Shown in pieces: positions 28,769-42,292 of a stretch of 64,000 nucleotides of DNA. Every line of letters starts with the position of its first letter. The first letter of the stretch is position 1. The notes under the pieces are model-generated. The model saw nothing but the letters and a program-made list of their open reading frames with translations, searched no databases and had not been told where the DNA came from. This stretch comes from Octopus vulgaris (Eukaryota). A program made the translations under genes and the position numbers. Where the stretch lies: assembly GCA_951406725.2 (NCBI GenBank), contig OX597826.1, forward strand, positions 54,746,001-54,810,000, given 5' to 3'.

Positions 28769-28980
28769 GAAATGAGGTACTCAGAAAATCGGATGGTTTA
28801 TATTTACAGATATTTATTTGTATATTACATTTTTAAAGTTTGATTTGAAAACCCCACTAGAATGGGAGAAAGCGCTAATACATGATCTAAGTTATATGAT
28901 GTATAAAGAATGTAATATACAAATAAATATGTGTAAATATAAACCATCCGATTTTCTGATGACCTCATTTCTTCTAATAT
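28760..28980. repeat. ~70-bp near-perfect inverted repeat (28760-28831 / 28909-28980)
   Basis: attagaagaaatgaggtactcagaaaatcggatggtttatatttac.. is mirrored by gtaaatataaaccatccgattttctgatgacctcatttcttctaat. Confidence 0.9.
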
Positions 28981-29008
28981 GAAATATCTGTACATCATCT
29001 CCAAAACT

Positions 29009-29047
<39 letters not shown>

Positions 29048-29141
29048 TTATGAGAGGTAATGGTGTCAAGAAGACACAAAGGTGTCAAGTAATGGTGAGT
29101 AAGTGCTATAGACAGACTATAGTTAAGCTCCAGGTCCGCAC

Positions 29142-29192
29142 CGTCTCTGATGAAGGGATATATAAAATATCCCGGAAACTGCTGTAGAATCT
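29142..29192 (+). ncRNA. Minimal hammerhead-ribozyme-like motif
   Basis: CTGATGA (29147-29153), stem II GGGATAT/ATATCCC, GAAAC (29175-29179), short stem III, GTA triplet (29184-29186); stem I weak in this copy. Confidence 0.55.
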
Positions 29193-29266
29193 TCTTTTTA
29201 TAAATATTCTGAAATCTTTCTCAGCCTTGGATTCTTATCTCATTCTGTTATATATATATATATATA

Positions 29267-29424
29267 TACGATGGGCTTCTTTCAGTTTCCGTCTACGAAA
29301 TCTACTCACACGGCTTTGGTCGGCCCGAGGTTATAATAGAAGACGCTTGCTCGGGGTACCACGCATTGGGAGAGAACCGAGAACCATGTGGTTGGGGATC
29401 ATGCATCTTACCACACAGCCACGC
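29267..29424 (-). mobile_element. SINE family B, 5' half
   Basis: Reverse complement of gtggctgtgtggtaag...accacatggtt..gggccgaccaaagcc..gtagacggaaactgaaagaagcc. Confidence 0.8.
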
Positions 29425-30079
29425 ATGATACACTACTCTATCAATGTAACTTCTTCGAAAGCGACAGAGTACAATCTGTAGAAGATTGATGATGATGATG
29501 ATGATGATAATGATGATGATAATGATGATGTTGATGTAACGTAAATAAATTTCAAGTAACGTAAATAAATTACTTCTTGAAAACTTTGTGTACCCATATA
29601 TCCTCCCCTTGTAGAATATGCGTGCGCGTGCACAAGTGCACACATTCATGAGAAGAGGGATTGTAACCTTCTGTTTGTGACCTTGTGACCTTGTGACCCA
29701 GTGACGGAGGCGGAATATCGATGATCCAGTCAATAAATACGATACTATATTCAAATGTGATGACAGATCCTTCATTTTATGTTTAACTGATTTTATTCAT
29801 AGTTATGCATGAAAACAAACATCAAGATACAAACATACATACACACATACATACATACATAGATACATACACACGTACATACATACATACATGCATACAT
29901 ACATATGTGTGTGTGAGTTCATGCATGCGTGTGTGAGTGCATGTATGTGTGTGAGTGCATGTATGCGTGTGTAAGTGTATACATCCATGGACCCTCCGTC
30001 GATTTCGACGAGGATTTACATTATATAGTTCTAGAAACTGCATGACCTTCTCTTACACACACACATGCACACACACACA

Positions 30080-30139
<60 letters not shown>

Positions 30140-30431
30140 GTTGCCTTGTAACAATTGCACATCTTTTACTAGAAACCTTACATCGATCAATCATTCCTCA
30201 AAAATTAAAGGCAACTATTATAACGATGTTAAAAATAGAACATATATGTATGCATAAACATACATACTTACATACATACATGCATACATATACACATACA
30301 TATCTATGTGCATATATATGTGTGTGTGTCTATGTGTATGTAACATGCATGTTTGTAAATAGACTCATTTATACGCAGAAACATACACATATACATGTCT
30401 ACAAACACTTTACACACACATACACCACATC

Positions 30432-30518
<87 letters not shown>

Positions 30519-30773
30519 CCCTTTTTTCTTCTTTTTCATTTCCTTTTCTTTTGTTCTTTCCTTTTCTTTTTTTCTTTTTCTTTTTCTTTTTATATTCTTT
30601 TTATTTTTTGTTCTTTATATTCCCTTTTACGATCCCTCTTGATCGAAAACCTACGCCACCCATTTTTTTTGTTTCTTTTGTTTTTGTTTTTTCATCCCCC
30701 AAAAGAAAAGCTCTACCTTGTAACTTGTCCCATCTGTGTGCAGCCCTGTGTGGCCAATAAAGAAACTTATCTA

Positions 30774-30839
<66 letters not shown>

Positions 30840-31359
30840 TTATCGATCGATCGATCTATCTATCTATCTATATATATATATATATATATTGTCTAGCATG
30901 TGTATGTGTATGTAATGTATTCATACATGTATGTACGCATATGTATGTATGTTTGTATGTATGTATGTATGTATGTATGTATGTATGTATGTATGTATGT
31001 ATGTATGTACGTACGTACGTATCTATGTGTGCTTGTGTGTGTATGTGTTTGTATGTATGTGTCTGTGCTAGCCATGCGTGTTGCTATTCTCAGTCGCGCG
31101 TCGTTGAGACAATGAACTGGAAATAACTCGGTATCAATGGACAGACATAAAAAGAAGCATTTTCTTGAAAACACTCTTGAGATTTTTATTCAAATAAGGG
31201 AGCTTAAATTCACCTCCATCCCCATCCCAACCAACAGCAACAGCAACAGCAACAAGAACACATCCAACATCATCAGCACCATCGCAGCTTTCATCTTCGA
31301 CCAATGTCTCCATCATCTTCACCGACGATTATCAATACCCGCCACTTTATCTACCAACC

Positions 31360-31760
31360 GCTACCACGACCATCGTCACCACTACTGTCGCCGCCACTAC
31401 GACGGTGATCTCCACCACCACTACTTCCACAGCCACCCCACCGTCACCCTCACCCCACCATCTCCCTCACTCCACCATCACTCCAACCTCATCATCACCC
31501 CAGTACAATCAGCAACACCACCTCCACCACCACAATCAGCAGCAGCAGCACTGCCGCCACCATCACCACCACCACCACCACCACCACCACCATCACCACC
31601 ACCACCACCATATCCACCACCACCATCACCACCACCACCACCACTACCACAATATCCTCCATCACCACCACCACCACCACCACCAACACCAACACCACCA
31701 CCATCAACACCACCACCACCAACACCACCACCACCGCCGCCTCCACTACTACCATTAGCA
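31360..31760. repeat. Imperfect (CCA)n tract
   Basis: Directly visible. Confidence 0.9.
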
Positions 31761-31969
31761 ATCCTTCAAGAATCGCCAAGACCTTTCCACTCACTATACC
31801 TTCACCATAATAACACTTTCATCTATAACACTATTACTGCCATCCACACACTAACGATGTTGCTTTTGTTGTTGCTGTTTTAATCCTACGACCAGCAGTG
31901 ACCAAACAGGACTATTCTCGTGCCGATCACGCCGTGACCAACCCGTTTTGTTATTAAGACCTAATAACA

Positions 31970-32180
31970 CGGCGAACTGGCAGAATCGTTACCGCGCCGG
32001 ACAAACTATCGACAATTCGTTAGTCTTGATGTTGTAAGTTCAAATTCCATCTCGTTCGACTCTGACTTTCATCATTTCGGGATCGATGAAATAACTACCA
32101 GCCAAGCACCGGGGTCGATGTAATCGATTTGGCACCTCCCCCTGAATTGCTGATCTTGTGCTAATATTTGAATCCATCAT
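31970..32180 (+). mobile_element. SINE family A, diverged
   Basis: cggcgaactggcagaatcgttaccgcgccgg..gttcaaattcc..tttcatcatttcgggatcgat..ggggtcgatgtaatcga. Confidence 0.75.
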
Positions 32181-32334
32181 TGTGACGAAATGTATCTGGA
32201 GCTCTCCTTCTTACAACTCTTCCAACAGTTGATCTGAGTTTGACGAAAGTTCGACTGCATTTTCTCGCAGGTTTAGCGAGAACGAAATGGCACCCTCGTT
32301 GGCGCTGCATAACATGGTGCCTGTTTCAGGGCGT

Positions 32335-32620
32335 ATGTATGTACGAATATATGTATATACGAATATATGTATGTACAAGTATGTGTTTGTGTTTGTTGTG
32401 CGAGTGGATGTATGTACGAGTGTATGTATGTTCGAGAGTATGTATGTACGAGTATGTTTGTATGAGTATGTATGTGCGAGTGTATGTATGTACGAGTGTA
32501 TGTATGTTCGAGTGCATGTATGTACAAGTGTATGTATGTACGAGTATGTATGAACGAATATGTGTTTGTGAGTGTTTGCTGTGCGAGTGTATGTATGTAC
32601 GAGTGTATGTATGTGTTTGT
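32335..32620. repeat. Degenerate ~18-bp minisatellite (tgtatgtatgtacgagtg)
   Basis: cgagt-containing unit recurs many times within a (TGTA)n background. Confidence 0.75.
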
Positions 32621-32824
32621 GTGTGTGGCTGTGTGTTGCACATATGTCTATATCGTCTAAATGTGGGTGTGTTTATATAAGTATGTAAGAACGTATGTTC
32701 TTATGCGTACGAATGTAAGCTTCTATAAGAGCCTGTAGGTCATTAACATCTGATGAAATAAAAGTGATGTGTATTTGTGTTTTTTTTTTGTGTATATATA
32801 CATATATTTATATATGCATGTTTG

Positions 32825-32882
<58 letters not shown>

Positions 32883-33325
32883 CATAACTTACAGTAGACT
32901 TGGTTGAAGAAGGACAAGCGCCCCCTGAAGCAAATCTAGAAATCGATTCTAAGTTATCTGCCATTCCTTTTGCGATCTTCGCGGAGATAAGACCTATAAT
33001 TTTTATTCACTACCTGCCTTTCAGGATGCTTGTTTCAAGTGAGTTCTACGTGGCTTAGGGGTTCATCAGGCTCCTATTTCTAGCGAAGCTGATGTATTAG
33101 AGTACCATAATTAGATTATATACATACATACATACATACATACATACATACATACATACATACATGCATGCATACATACATACATACATACATACATACA
33201 TACATACATACATACATAAATACATACATACATACATACATATATATATATATTCAGGACCTTGGCTGCACGGGTCATGCTTTCGATCGCCACTTATACT
33301 ATTTTCGAGTAATTTTTCTATCTAT

Positions 33326-33410
<85 letters not shown>

Positions 33411-33689
33411 AAGAGGAGAGATGTGCTGTCTGTTTGTCCTGTAATTATGCGTTAGTTGTAGCGCTCTTGCTGACGGGAACACGGATAGCAAATTATTTTA
33501 TGTTTACTGATGTTCGAACCCTAGGTACAAGTGGTAACTATTGAATATGTTTTTATTCTTCATCCCTACCAAATTACTCTTAACCGTAGTTTGGACTTTT
33601 ACTGCTCCTTTTAGCATGGAAGGTGTCCTGTTAGGGGCACCTCTTTTGTGTATATATGTACACTAATTTTATATCTATATACACATATA

Positions 33690-34018
33690 TGAGGTCTGAT
33701 CAATAAGTATCCGGACTGCTGCCATAGTAACGAGGCTATTGCACGCAAAGTGAAGCTACTTGGCATGGATTGATATTGAACACTTTTGTGCATGCGCACT
33801 AAATTTTAACGTTCTTGGCTGACGTTCGCTGTTTGCAGCAGTTCTTGGGAGGGATGTGTGTAGCGTGTGATCGGCGCATTGACCATAACAGAGAAAGATA
33901 GATAGGTACCTGCTCAGAGGCCAACGCAAATTTCAAGGTGAATCTGTGCCAAGCAGCTTCACTCTCTGTGCTTTAGTTTCGTTTCTATAGCAACAGTCCG
34001 GATGCTTATCAGACAACG
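33690..34018. mobile_element. mariner-derived MITE with ~85-bp imperfect TIRs
   Basis: gtctgatcaataagtatccggactgctgccatagtaacga..gtgaagctacttggca mirrored by tgccaagcagcttcac..tcgtttctatagcaacagtccggatgcttatcagac; TA context. Confidence 0.75.
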
Positions 34019-34056
34019 TGTATATATATGTATAAATATGTATATATATATATATA

Positions 34057-34102
<46 letters not shown>

Positions 34103-34352
34103 GAGAGAGATAGAGAGATATAGATAAAGCTTTCTTGGAAAAGGGTGCGTGGCGTTCGATCATATAATAATATAAACGATATATAAATATATGCATATAT
34201 ACCAACATATATGTATATATACATGCAAATGTGGGTACATGACATCATAAAATCTTAGAACACAATGAGAAACGAAAACATAAAAACAAAAGCATAGAAA
34301 TGAACTTTTTTCAAACAACGAAAAAAAACCAAAGAAACGAGACATATATATA

Positions 34353-34645
34353 TGTGGCCTAGTGGTTAGGGCAGCGGACGCGCGGTCGTAGGATCGCGGT
34401 TTCGATTCCCAGACCGGGCGTTGTGAGTGTTTATTGAACGAAAACATCTAAAGCTCCACGAGGCTCCTGCAGGGGGTGGTGGTGATCCCTGCTGTACTTT
34501 TTCGCCACAACTTTCTCTCACTCTTTCTTCTGTTGGCCTGCTCGCTTAGCCTGCGGGGTGGCGTCATTTGAAGGCTAAAACAATGCAAAGCGCATTGTGA
34601 CCAGCGTTGTGTAACAGCATCTGTTGGTCGGTCACGGTGATCACG

Positions 34646-34649
<4 letters not shown>
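34353..34649 (+). mobile_element. SINE family C (tRNA-derived), tail variant 2
   Basis: A box tggcctagtggttagg, B box ggtttcgattccc; head and body match 43080-43265 (minus) but the 3' part differs. Confidence 0.85.
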
Positions 34650-34682
<33 letters not shown>

Positions 34683-35362
34683 GTATTTTGTATATGGTAG
34701 CTCTCTGCCAGCGCGCTCGTTAAAGCGCCCATGCTACTTGCTGATGGCTTCTAATATACCAACTTAACTGTATGTAATTGAGTATGCAGTAGACTGTGTG
34801 ACGTAGGCTAAATGAATGGATATGATGAGATGGTCCCATACATATACATGTTAGGCTGAAACATATGTAGCAATGCGTTAGTAAAATATAAGATCTCCAT
34901 CCATGAAATATTTCTTGTTTTATATATGCACACACATAAAGTCTACAGATGAGATCCAGAAATTCTCAGTATGGAAGACACTTAGTGCTCAAATTATTCA
35001 AACTTAGACTCCGATGTCTTTACAGGGGATCAATTCCGCTATGTAAAGAACGGCTGCAAGAGGTTGATTTTGAGCGAATTATGCGGATTAAGAAATAAAA
35101 TACACTGAATATATTAGATATAATAGTTTAAGTATGAATTAGAGAATATGTATATAGGTATACAGGCAAAACGAAAGAAAGTAAAAGGTGTAGACTTTCA
35201 GATTATGAATGTTCAAGTATAAATATATAGATATGTATATTCATACATCCAACTTTCGCAAAGTACAAACTACTGAGAACATAAATGTGTGTGAGTGTGT
35301 GATGTCGTATATATACATTTTGGTGGATGCGGTCCTTCATGTGTGTCTTTGCGCGTATATTA

Positions 35363-35779
35363 GGGCGGAAAGCAGGCAGAATCGTTAGCACGCCGGGCGA
35401 AGTGCTTAGCGGTATTTCGCCTGCCGCTACGTACTGAGTTCAAATTCCGCCGAGGTCGACTTTGCCTTTCATCTTTTCGGGGGCGATAAATTAAATACCA
35501 GTTACGCATTGGGGTCGATGTAATCGACTTAAACCGTTTGTCTGTCCTTGTTTGTCCTCTCTGTGTTTAGCCCCTTGTGGGTAGTAAAGAAATAGGTATT
35601 TCGTCTGCCGCTAAGTTCTGAGTTCAAATTCCGCCGAGGTCGACTTTGCCTTTCATTCTTTCGGGGGTCGATTAAATAAGTACCAGCTACTCATTGGGGT
35701 CGATCTAATCGAATTAATCCCTTTGTCTATTCCTCTTTGTCCCATCTATGTTTAAGCACCCTAAGGGCAATAAAGAAAT
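35363..35779 (+). mobile_element. SINE family A, dimeric copy
   Basis: Same aaagaaata|ggtatttcgtctg junction near 35594. Confidence 0.9.
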
Positions 35780-35811
35780 GCATACAGTATGGGTGCATGC
35801 GTTTGTGTATT

Positions 35812-36154
35812 GTGAAGTCACGTTGTTTAGTGGTCAGAGTCTCCAGTTCGCGATCGTAAGATCTAGTGTCTAATACCCGCAGGTGTGTTAGTGTTCTTGA
35901 GCAAGGCACTTTGTTTCACCTTGCTCCAGTCCACTCAGCTGGCAAAAATGAGTTGTACCTGTATTTCAGTGGACCAGCCACCTCATATTCTGTGTCACGT
36001 TCTTTGTCACATTGTGTCACTCCGAATCTCTCAGAGAACAACGCTAAGGGTACGCATGCCTGTACAGTACTCAGCCATTTTGCATGTTAATTTCACGAGC
36101 AAGTCGGATCAACTGCTGCACAAGTCGTCGTAACCGACGGAATGCCAATTTTGC

Positions 36155-36155
<1 letters not shown>
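35812..36155 (+). mobile_element. SINE family C-related, diverged
   Basis: tRNA-like head; tail gttgtacctgtatttca..tgtgtcac..aagggtac..gtactcagcca..gttaatttcacgagca matches the 42898-43075 tail. Confidence 0.7.
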
Positions 36156-36207
<52 letters not shown>

Positions 36208-36329
36208 CAAGTATGCCATTACAGTATGGTAAAACGCGAATGACAAAATAAAATCGTGTTAGATTTCCATAAAATATTGTCAATACAATTTATTTAGCCC
36301 CATTAAATATTATCTGTCTCATCTCTTAC

Positions 36330-37485
36330 AATTTGTTACTGCTGTCGCTGTTACTGCTGCTGCATGTGCTGCAGCTGCTATATTTGAATTGCTGCTGCTG
36401 ATGCCGGTGCTGCTACTGCTACTAATGCTGCTATTATTATTGTTGTTTTCATGACGTTGTTATAGTAGTTATTGCTGTTTTGATTGTGATGGCTGCTGCC
36501 TCGGTGGCTGCTGTTGCTGCTGCTGCTGTTGTTGCCGCAGCTGCTGCTGCTGTTGCCGCTGCTGCTGCTGTAGCAACTTCTTTATTTCTTAGTTCACATG
36601 ATTTTTTTTGTTTTTGATTTTTAATTTTACATTTGCCGTTTATTTTTTTTACTAATTATTCTTGTCTTAATTATGCAACCCCCCTTACACCGGACGCTTC
36701 CTATATCCTTGTTCGCCACATCACTTTTGTTCCTTTTGTTGTCATTGGTGTTGTCGTCATCGTGGTTGTTGTTGTTGTTCTTCTTATCTTCTTCCTCCTC
36801 CACCTCTTTTCCTTCCCCTTCCACCTCTTCTTCTCCTCCTCCTCCTCCTTTTCACCTCTTCTGTCTTACCCCTTCTATTCCTCCTCCTCCACCACCACCA
36901 CCACCACCAACACCACCACCTCTTCTTCATCCTAATCCTCTCCATCTCCTCTCCCACCTCTTCTACCTCCTCCCTTCTTCTTCTTCTTCTTCTTCTTCTT
37001 CTTTTTCTTCGTCTCCTCATCCACCTTCTTCTTCTTCTTCTTCTCCTTCTTTTTCTCCTCCTCGTCGTCGTCGTCGTTGTTGTTGTTGTTTTTGTTGTTG
37101 TTGTTGTTGTTGTTCTTCTTCTTCTTCTTCTTCTTCTTCTTCTTCTTCTTTTTCTTCTTCTTCTTTTCTTCTTCTCTTTCTTCTGCTTCGTTTGTTTCCG
37201 CCACGAATCCACCCTACACAACAACAGTGCACTTTAAATGCATTTTTTTAATTCTTCGACCTCAGCCACCCAACCAACCACACATCCGCACCATTACACA
37301 GCACCTTCAAAATCACATAACAGCTACACAACAACATATCCCCACCCCCACGCCATCAGCCAGCCGATGCCGGGACCGCAACAAACGTCTCCACCACCAC
37401 CACCACCACCACTCTACCAACAAAATAAATTTCGAATCCTTTATACAAAAATAGCTAAAGTAAAATTTCACTATCGATTTAAGAA

Positions 37486-37534
<49 letters not shown>

Positions 37535-37587
37535 GTAATAATAACAACAACAACAACAATAATAATAATAATAATAACAATAATAAC

Positions 37588-37637
<50 letters not shown>

Positions 37638-37647
37638 CAATAATAAC

Positions 37648-37702
<55 letters not shown>

Positions 37703-38255
37703 TCAACAACAGCAACGATGAAAATGACAACGACGACAACAGCGACAACAACATCAATAACAACAACAATAACAACAACAATAACAATAATAACAACAAC
37801 AACAAGAACAACAATAACAAGAATAATATTAATGACATAACAATACAATCATGATGACGATAATAATGATAATGATTATAAACATAATTAAAAAAACCTT
37901 CTCCAAGGATAACAACATTAACAACAAGAATAATTTGAGAATACACTGCAAAAACAGCAGCAACATAAACAACAACAAGAACAGGGATGATGATGATGAT
38001 GATGATGATGTTGATGATGATGATGATGATGATAATAATAATAATAATAATAATAAAGTAATAATAATAATGATAAGAAGAATAAGAATAAGAAGAGAAG
38101 GTGAAGAAGATGAGGATGACGATGATGATGATGATGATGATGATGATAATGATGATGATGATGGTGATGATGATGAGGATGATGATGATGATGATGATGA
38201 TGTTAATGATGGTGATGATGATGATGATGATGATGGACGATGATGATGATGATGA
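36330..38255. repeat. Compound trinucleotide field: (GCT)n, (CCT)n, (CTT)n, (GTT)n, (TAA)n, (CAA)n, (GAT)n
   Basis: Directly visible. Confidence 0.95.
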
Positions 38256-38329
38256 AAAAGAAGCAGAATAATCGAACGAAACAAACAAACAGGTAAACAA
38301 CCCTAATCAATAACGAGAAATCAATCGTT

Positions 38330-38449
38330 ACATGTAGCTTAGCAACCAATCAAACAAGGTAAAGATCAATAGTTCAAACAAATGAATAATAACGCTATAG
38401 CGACCTGTCCGCCACGGATAGAACTGAAACTATACTGTACTGAGTAAGT
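38330..38449 (+). promoter_or_regulatory. Candidate promoter/first exon: X-box-like motif, CCAAT box and splice donor
   Basis: GTAGCTTAGCAAC (38334-38346) abutting CCAATCA, CpG-containing unique sequence, then GTAAGT at 38444-38449. Confidence 0.25.
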
Positions 38450-38634
38450 AAAACTACGCCACATCTGCCGCCGCCTCCTTAGCTTTTTGTGGTCTCATAT
38501 ATATATAGTATGTATGTATGTATGTATGTATGCATGTATGTATGTATGTATGTATGTATGTATGTATGTATGTATGTATGTATGTATGTATGTATGTATA
38601 TGTGTGTGTGTGTATCTATGTGTGTGTGTGTGTC

Positions 38635-38845
38635 ATTGTGTCTGTGCTTGTCCACCACTGCTATCACCATTTGATGACCAGAGATGGTGTGTTTACCTCA
38701 CCATAACTTAGTGGTTCAGCAAGAGATTGATAGGGTAAGTACTAGGCATAAAAAATCAAAAGGGCTTGGGGTTGATGTGTTTAACTAAAGAAAAGCCCCT
38801 CAAGGTGGTGCTCCAATATGGCCACAGTCTAATGATTGAAACAAT
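38635..38845 (+). mobile_element. SINE family B, 3' half, diverged
   Basis: ggtgtgtttacctc..taacttagtggttc..aagtactaggc..aaggtggtgctccaatatggccacagtc. Confidence 0.7.
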
Positions 38846-39058
38846 GTTTGCCAGGATGTTTGCAAATCTAACAGACATTTTAAAATCGACAAAGATCAGA
38901 ACTTATCTGCAGCTCTTGGTGGTGCAAATCGTATGTGCAAACTATGTGGGTCTTCTCAGAACATTGGTTTAAAAAACCACATAAGATGCCATGATGGGTC
39001 TAACGTATAGGTACAAGAGGTGGTCAAACTCTGCATAAGGAGTAGTCAACCACCACAT
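38846..39058 (+). mobile_element. RTE-like LINE 3' end with C2H2-type zinc finger
   Basis: 38930-39000 reads RMCKLCGSSQNIGLKNHIRCHDG, like the terminal C..C...GL.SH.R.H of RTE ORFs; followed by (TATG)n. Confidence 0.5.
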
Positions 39059-39294
39059 ATGTATGTATGTATGTATGTATGTATGAATGTATGTATATAA
39101 ATATATGTTCTACTATTCTACTTTCTATGTTCTATGTTATATATTTTAATAATTACTGCTATTTTTATATAAGTAAGGCATAATCTGTTACACATGTATG
39201 TATATTTTTATAACTTTTAAAAAAAATAAATAGACATAATATGTCTAAAAGTTGATGAATACCACCTCTTGATCCCCTACATTTTCTTATTGCC

Positions 39295-39345
<51 letters not shown>

Positions 39346-39346
<1 letters not shown>

Positions 39347-39586
39347 TACGGAGATGTACTTGTATAGCAAGTGACCTGATCTGAGATCGTGTTCTGAAAC
39401 GAAAACAGTTGCAGCGTGGAAGATGGTTATAAGGCATTTAAGAAACGCACAAAATCCGTTACATTCACTTCAATATTTAAATTTAATTTGCCAAAATATT
39501 TTCGTCGCTTTGAGATCACGATCTATTCACTGACAAAATTCAGAAGTGAATCTAACGGTTTTTGAGTGTTTCTTAAATGGCTTATA
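39346..39586 (-). mobile_element. Second copy of the 9472-9663 repeat with an added inverted segment
   Basis: 39428-39471 is mirrored at 39543-39586. Confidence 0.8.
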
Positions 39587-39686
<100 letters not shown>

Positions 39687-39789
39687 CATATATACATATA
39701 TAGATAGATAGATATATAGATAGATAGAGAGATAGATTGATATAGAGATAGAAAGATATATGCACATATATAAACATACCATTTATATG

Positions 39790-39832
<43 letters not shown>

Positions 39833-41057
39833 GTACACAACCATACACACACACACATACGCAAGTACGCACACAGAGACTCGCATGTATATCAGCATAT
39901 ATCTGGCTGCTGCCAGGTCAGGTATGGCATTGAAACACAATGTTGATGACGCTGATTACAGTAGAAACAGACTCTCACAATTGTTCAAGAAAAGGAAAAA
40001 AAAAGCATAAAACAGACAGTCTTTTCCTTAATCGCATGTCACTTCTGATCGAGGCGGCTATCGTCTTAGCAGTGACTCACGGGGCATTCAAAAGTGTTTC
40101 GGTCCGTCTGGGGATTTGTCAATAATGTGGACCCGATTGCCATATGTCTAAAGGCAGTTCGTACTTCCGAAACACAAAAAAAAAACGTAAGTAAAAATAT
40201 CTCCTGCAAGTGGAGAAATATCCATGCCATCGGTTGACCCTCTTGAAGTAAGTGGTAAATCACCTTCAAATATCACCCAACCCCATGACGGAAATGGACG
40301 ACAGGGATAGCTGCGACTGGAACATCATTCGTCTGAACAAGGCAAAACTAGATTGTTATGTGAAGTAGAGATAAAAGGAAGAACATTCTAGTTGTTTCAA
40401 AGGTAACTTTCTACAAATAGATGGCCATAATTCTATTTTGAAGGCTTCTGAATCTTGCAGTGCTGTTCAAAGAATAGAAAAAACGGAAAGAATGACAAAG
40501 TTCAGTTTCGAGTTCTATATTAGTGTTTGCAATATTTTTGGTCTGATCCAGAATAAGTAATTTCCTGCTATTTTCCCATCCCCAACACACAAAGGTCTGG
40601 CCATATATTTCGTTGATTTATTGTTGGGATGTCATGCAATTTGTCTAACGGAACATACACCAAGGAATATCTATAAGTGTTTTTTTTTTTATTATTATTA
40701 TAATGCTTTACGCTTGAAACGGATGACTACAATTGAGAAACATGTTCATTAGGGAAAAGACTAAAAAAGAAACCCCGAAATATTTGATATAAAATTTTGT
40801 TGTATTTATTTTTGAGATAGCAATAATTCATTCTGTGTTACCTTTGTCAATGATGACTCGGAAACCCAAATGTCTTATATTTCGATGTTGTATTAGTCTC
40901 TTCAAAAAAAATGCTCACTAAAACTAATAACGCTGAGAAAACGTAGGAAATGATGAGTGTACATTTTGAAGAAAGCGTGATAAAGAACTGAATGTTGCTG
41001 CACTTTACATATTGCGGGTAAGGTTTTTTCTTATGTTGCGCACATTAATACGGGTTA

Positions 41058-41277
41058 AAATTTTGTCACAAGGCCAGCAACTTCGAGGGAGGGCTAAGTT
41101 GATTATATCGACACCAGTGTTCAACTGGGGTTTATTTTCATCGACTCCTCCCCCCACTCACGCGAAAGGATGAAAGGTAAAGTCGACTTCTGCGGAATTT
41201 CAAATCAGAACGTAAAGACGGACAAAATGCTGCTACGTATTTTGCCCGGTGTGCCAACGATTCTGCTAGTTCGCCAC
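41058..41277 (-). mobile_element. SINE family A, diverged
   Basis: cacaaggccagcaa..gaaaggatgaaaggtaaagtcgac..tttgcccggtgtgccaacgattctgctagttcgcc. Confidence 0.8.
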
Positions 41278-41397
41278 TAAGCTCTTTAATACGGCATTTC
41301 GATTCAAAAGCACACACACACACATACACACGTGTGTGTTTGTGTTGTGTGTGTGTGTATGTGTGTGTATATAAGTAGCGTAAGCTTTTGAATCGAA

Positions 41398-41435
<38 letters not shown>

Positions 41436-41854
41436 TAAATTCAAAAATCGAGGATGTAATTTCCTCGTAAGGGACTTTTTTTCTTATAAAAATCCGGATA
41501 TCAACTGGTGTTATCAAATATATTGAAAGAAAGTTCCGCAATATATATGGATAAACTGTCCAATAATGTGTAAAGTTAAAAGAAAATGGAGAAGAAATAT
41601 AGTGAATCCTTATTTAACTTTATTTGTATCACGATGAAAAAAAAATACATATAAAATTCAGGCTTTAAAGGAACCGAATTATTTTGAAATGCTTCGGAGG
41701 AATCATGAACGTAGGTTAGGGATATGGAAAAGCATGGACATATCTTGGTGTCTTTTGGATCGTGTGAAAGGTTCGGCTGTTTTCGTATCGCCACCGCTTC
41801 AAAGATAACCTCACAAAAATAATTGATTTTTACCCACTTGCGTTTAACAATCAT

Positions 41855-42292
41855 TGTTCTTTTATTCTTTTGATTGTTTCAGTCAGTTGACTGCAGCCAT
41901 GCTGGAGCACCGCCTTGAAGAGTTTTTAGTCGAACAAGTCGAACCTATACTTATATTTAAAGCCTGGTATTTATACTGTTGGTCTCTTTTGCTGAACCGC
42001 TAATTTACGCGGACGTAATCACACGAACACCCGTTATCAAACAGTGATACGGGGGACAAACACAGATACAAAGGCACATACACATACGTACACACACACA
42101 CACACACATCACACACACATATATAAACATATATGCGGTGCTTCTTTCAGTTTCCATCTACCAAATCCACTCACAATGCTTTGGGCGACCTCAAGGCTAT
42201 GTATAGTAAAAGATACTCGCCCAAGTTGCCACGCAGTGAGACTGAACCCTGAACCATCTGATTGGAAAACAAGCTTCTTCCCACATAGCCTT
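41855..42292 (-). mobile_element. SINE family B, near full length
   Basis: Reverse complement of 54289-54693 including the internal (TG)n spacer. Confidence 0.85.

Noticed and set aside
31137-31883. 248-aa proline-rich extensin/formin-like ORF
   Set aside because: Product of an imperfect (CCA)n tract, open in several frames; no domain or splice support.
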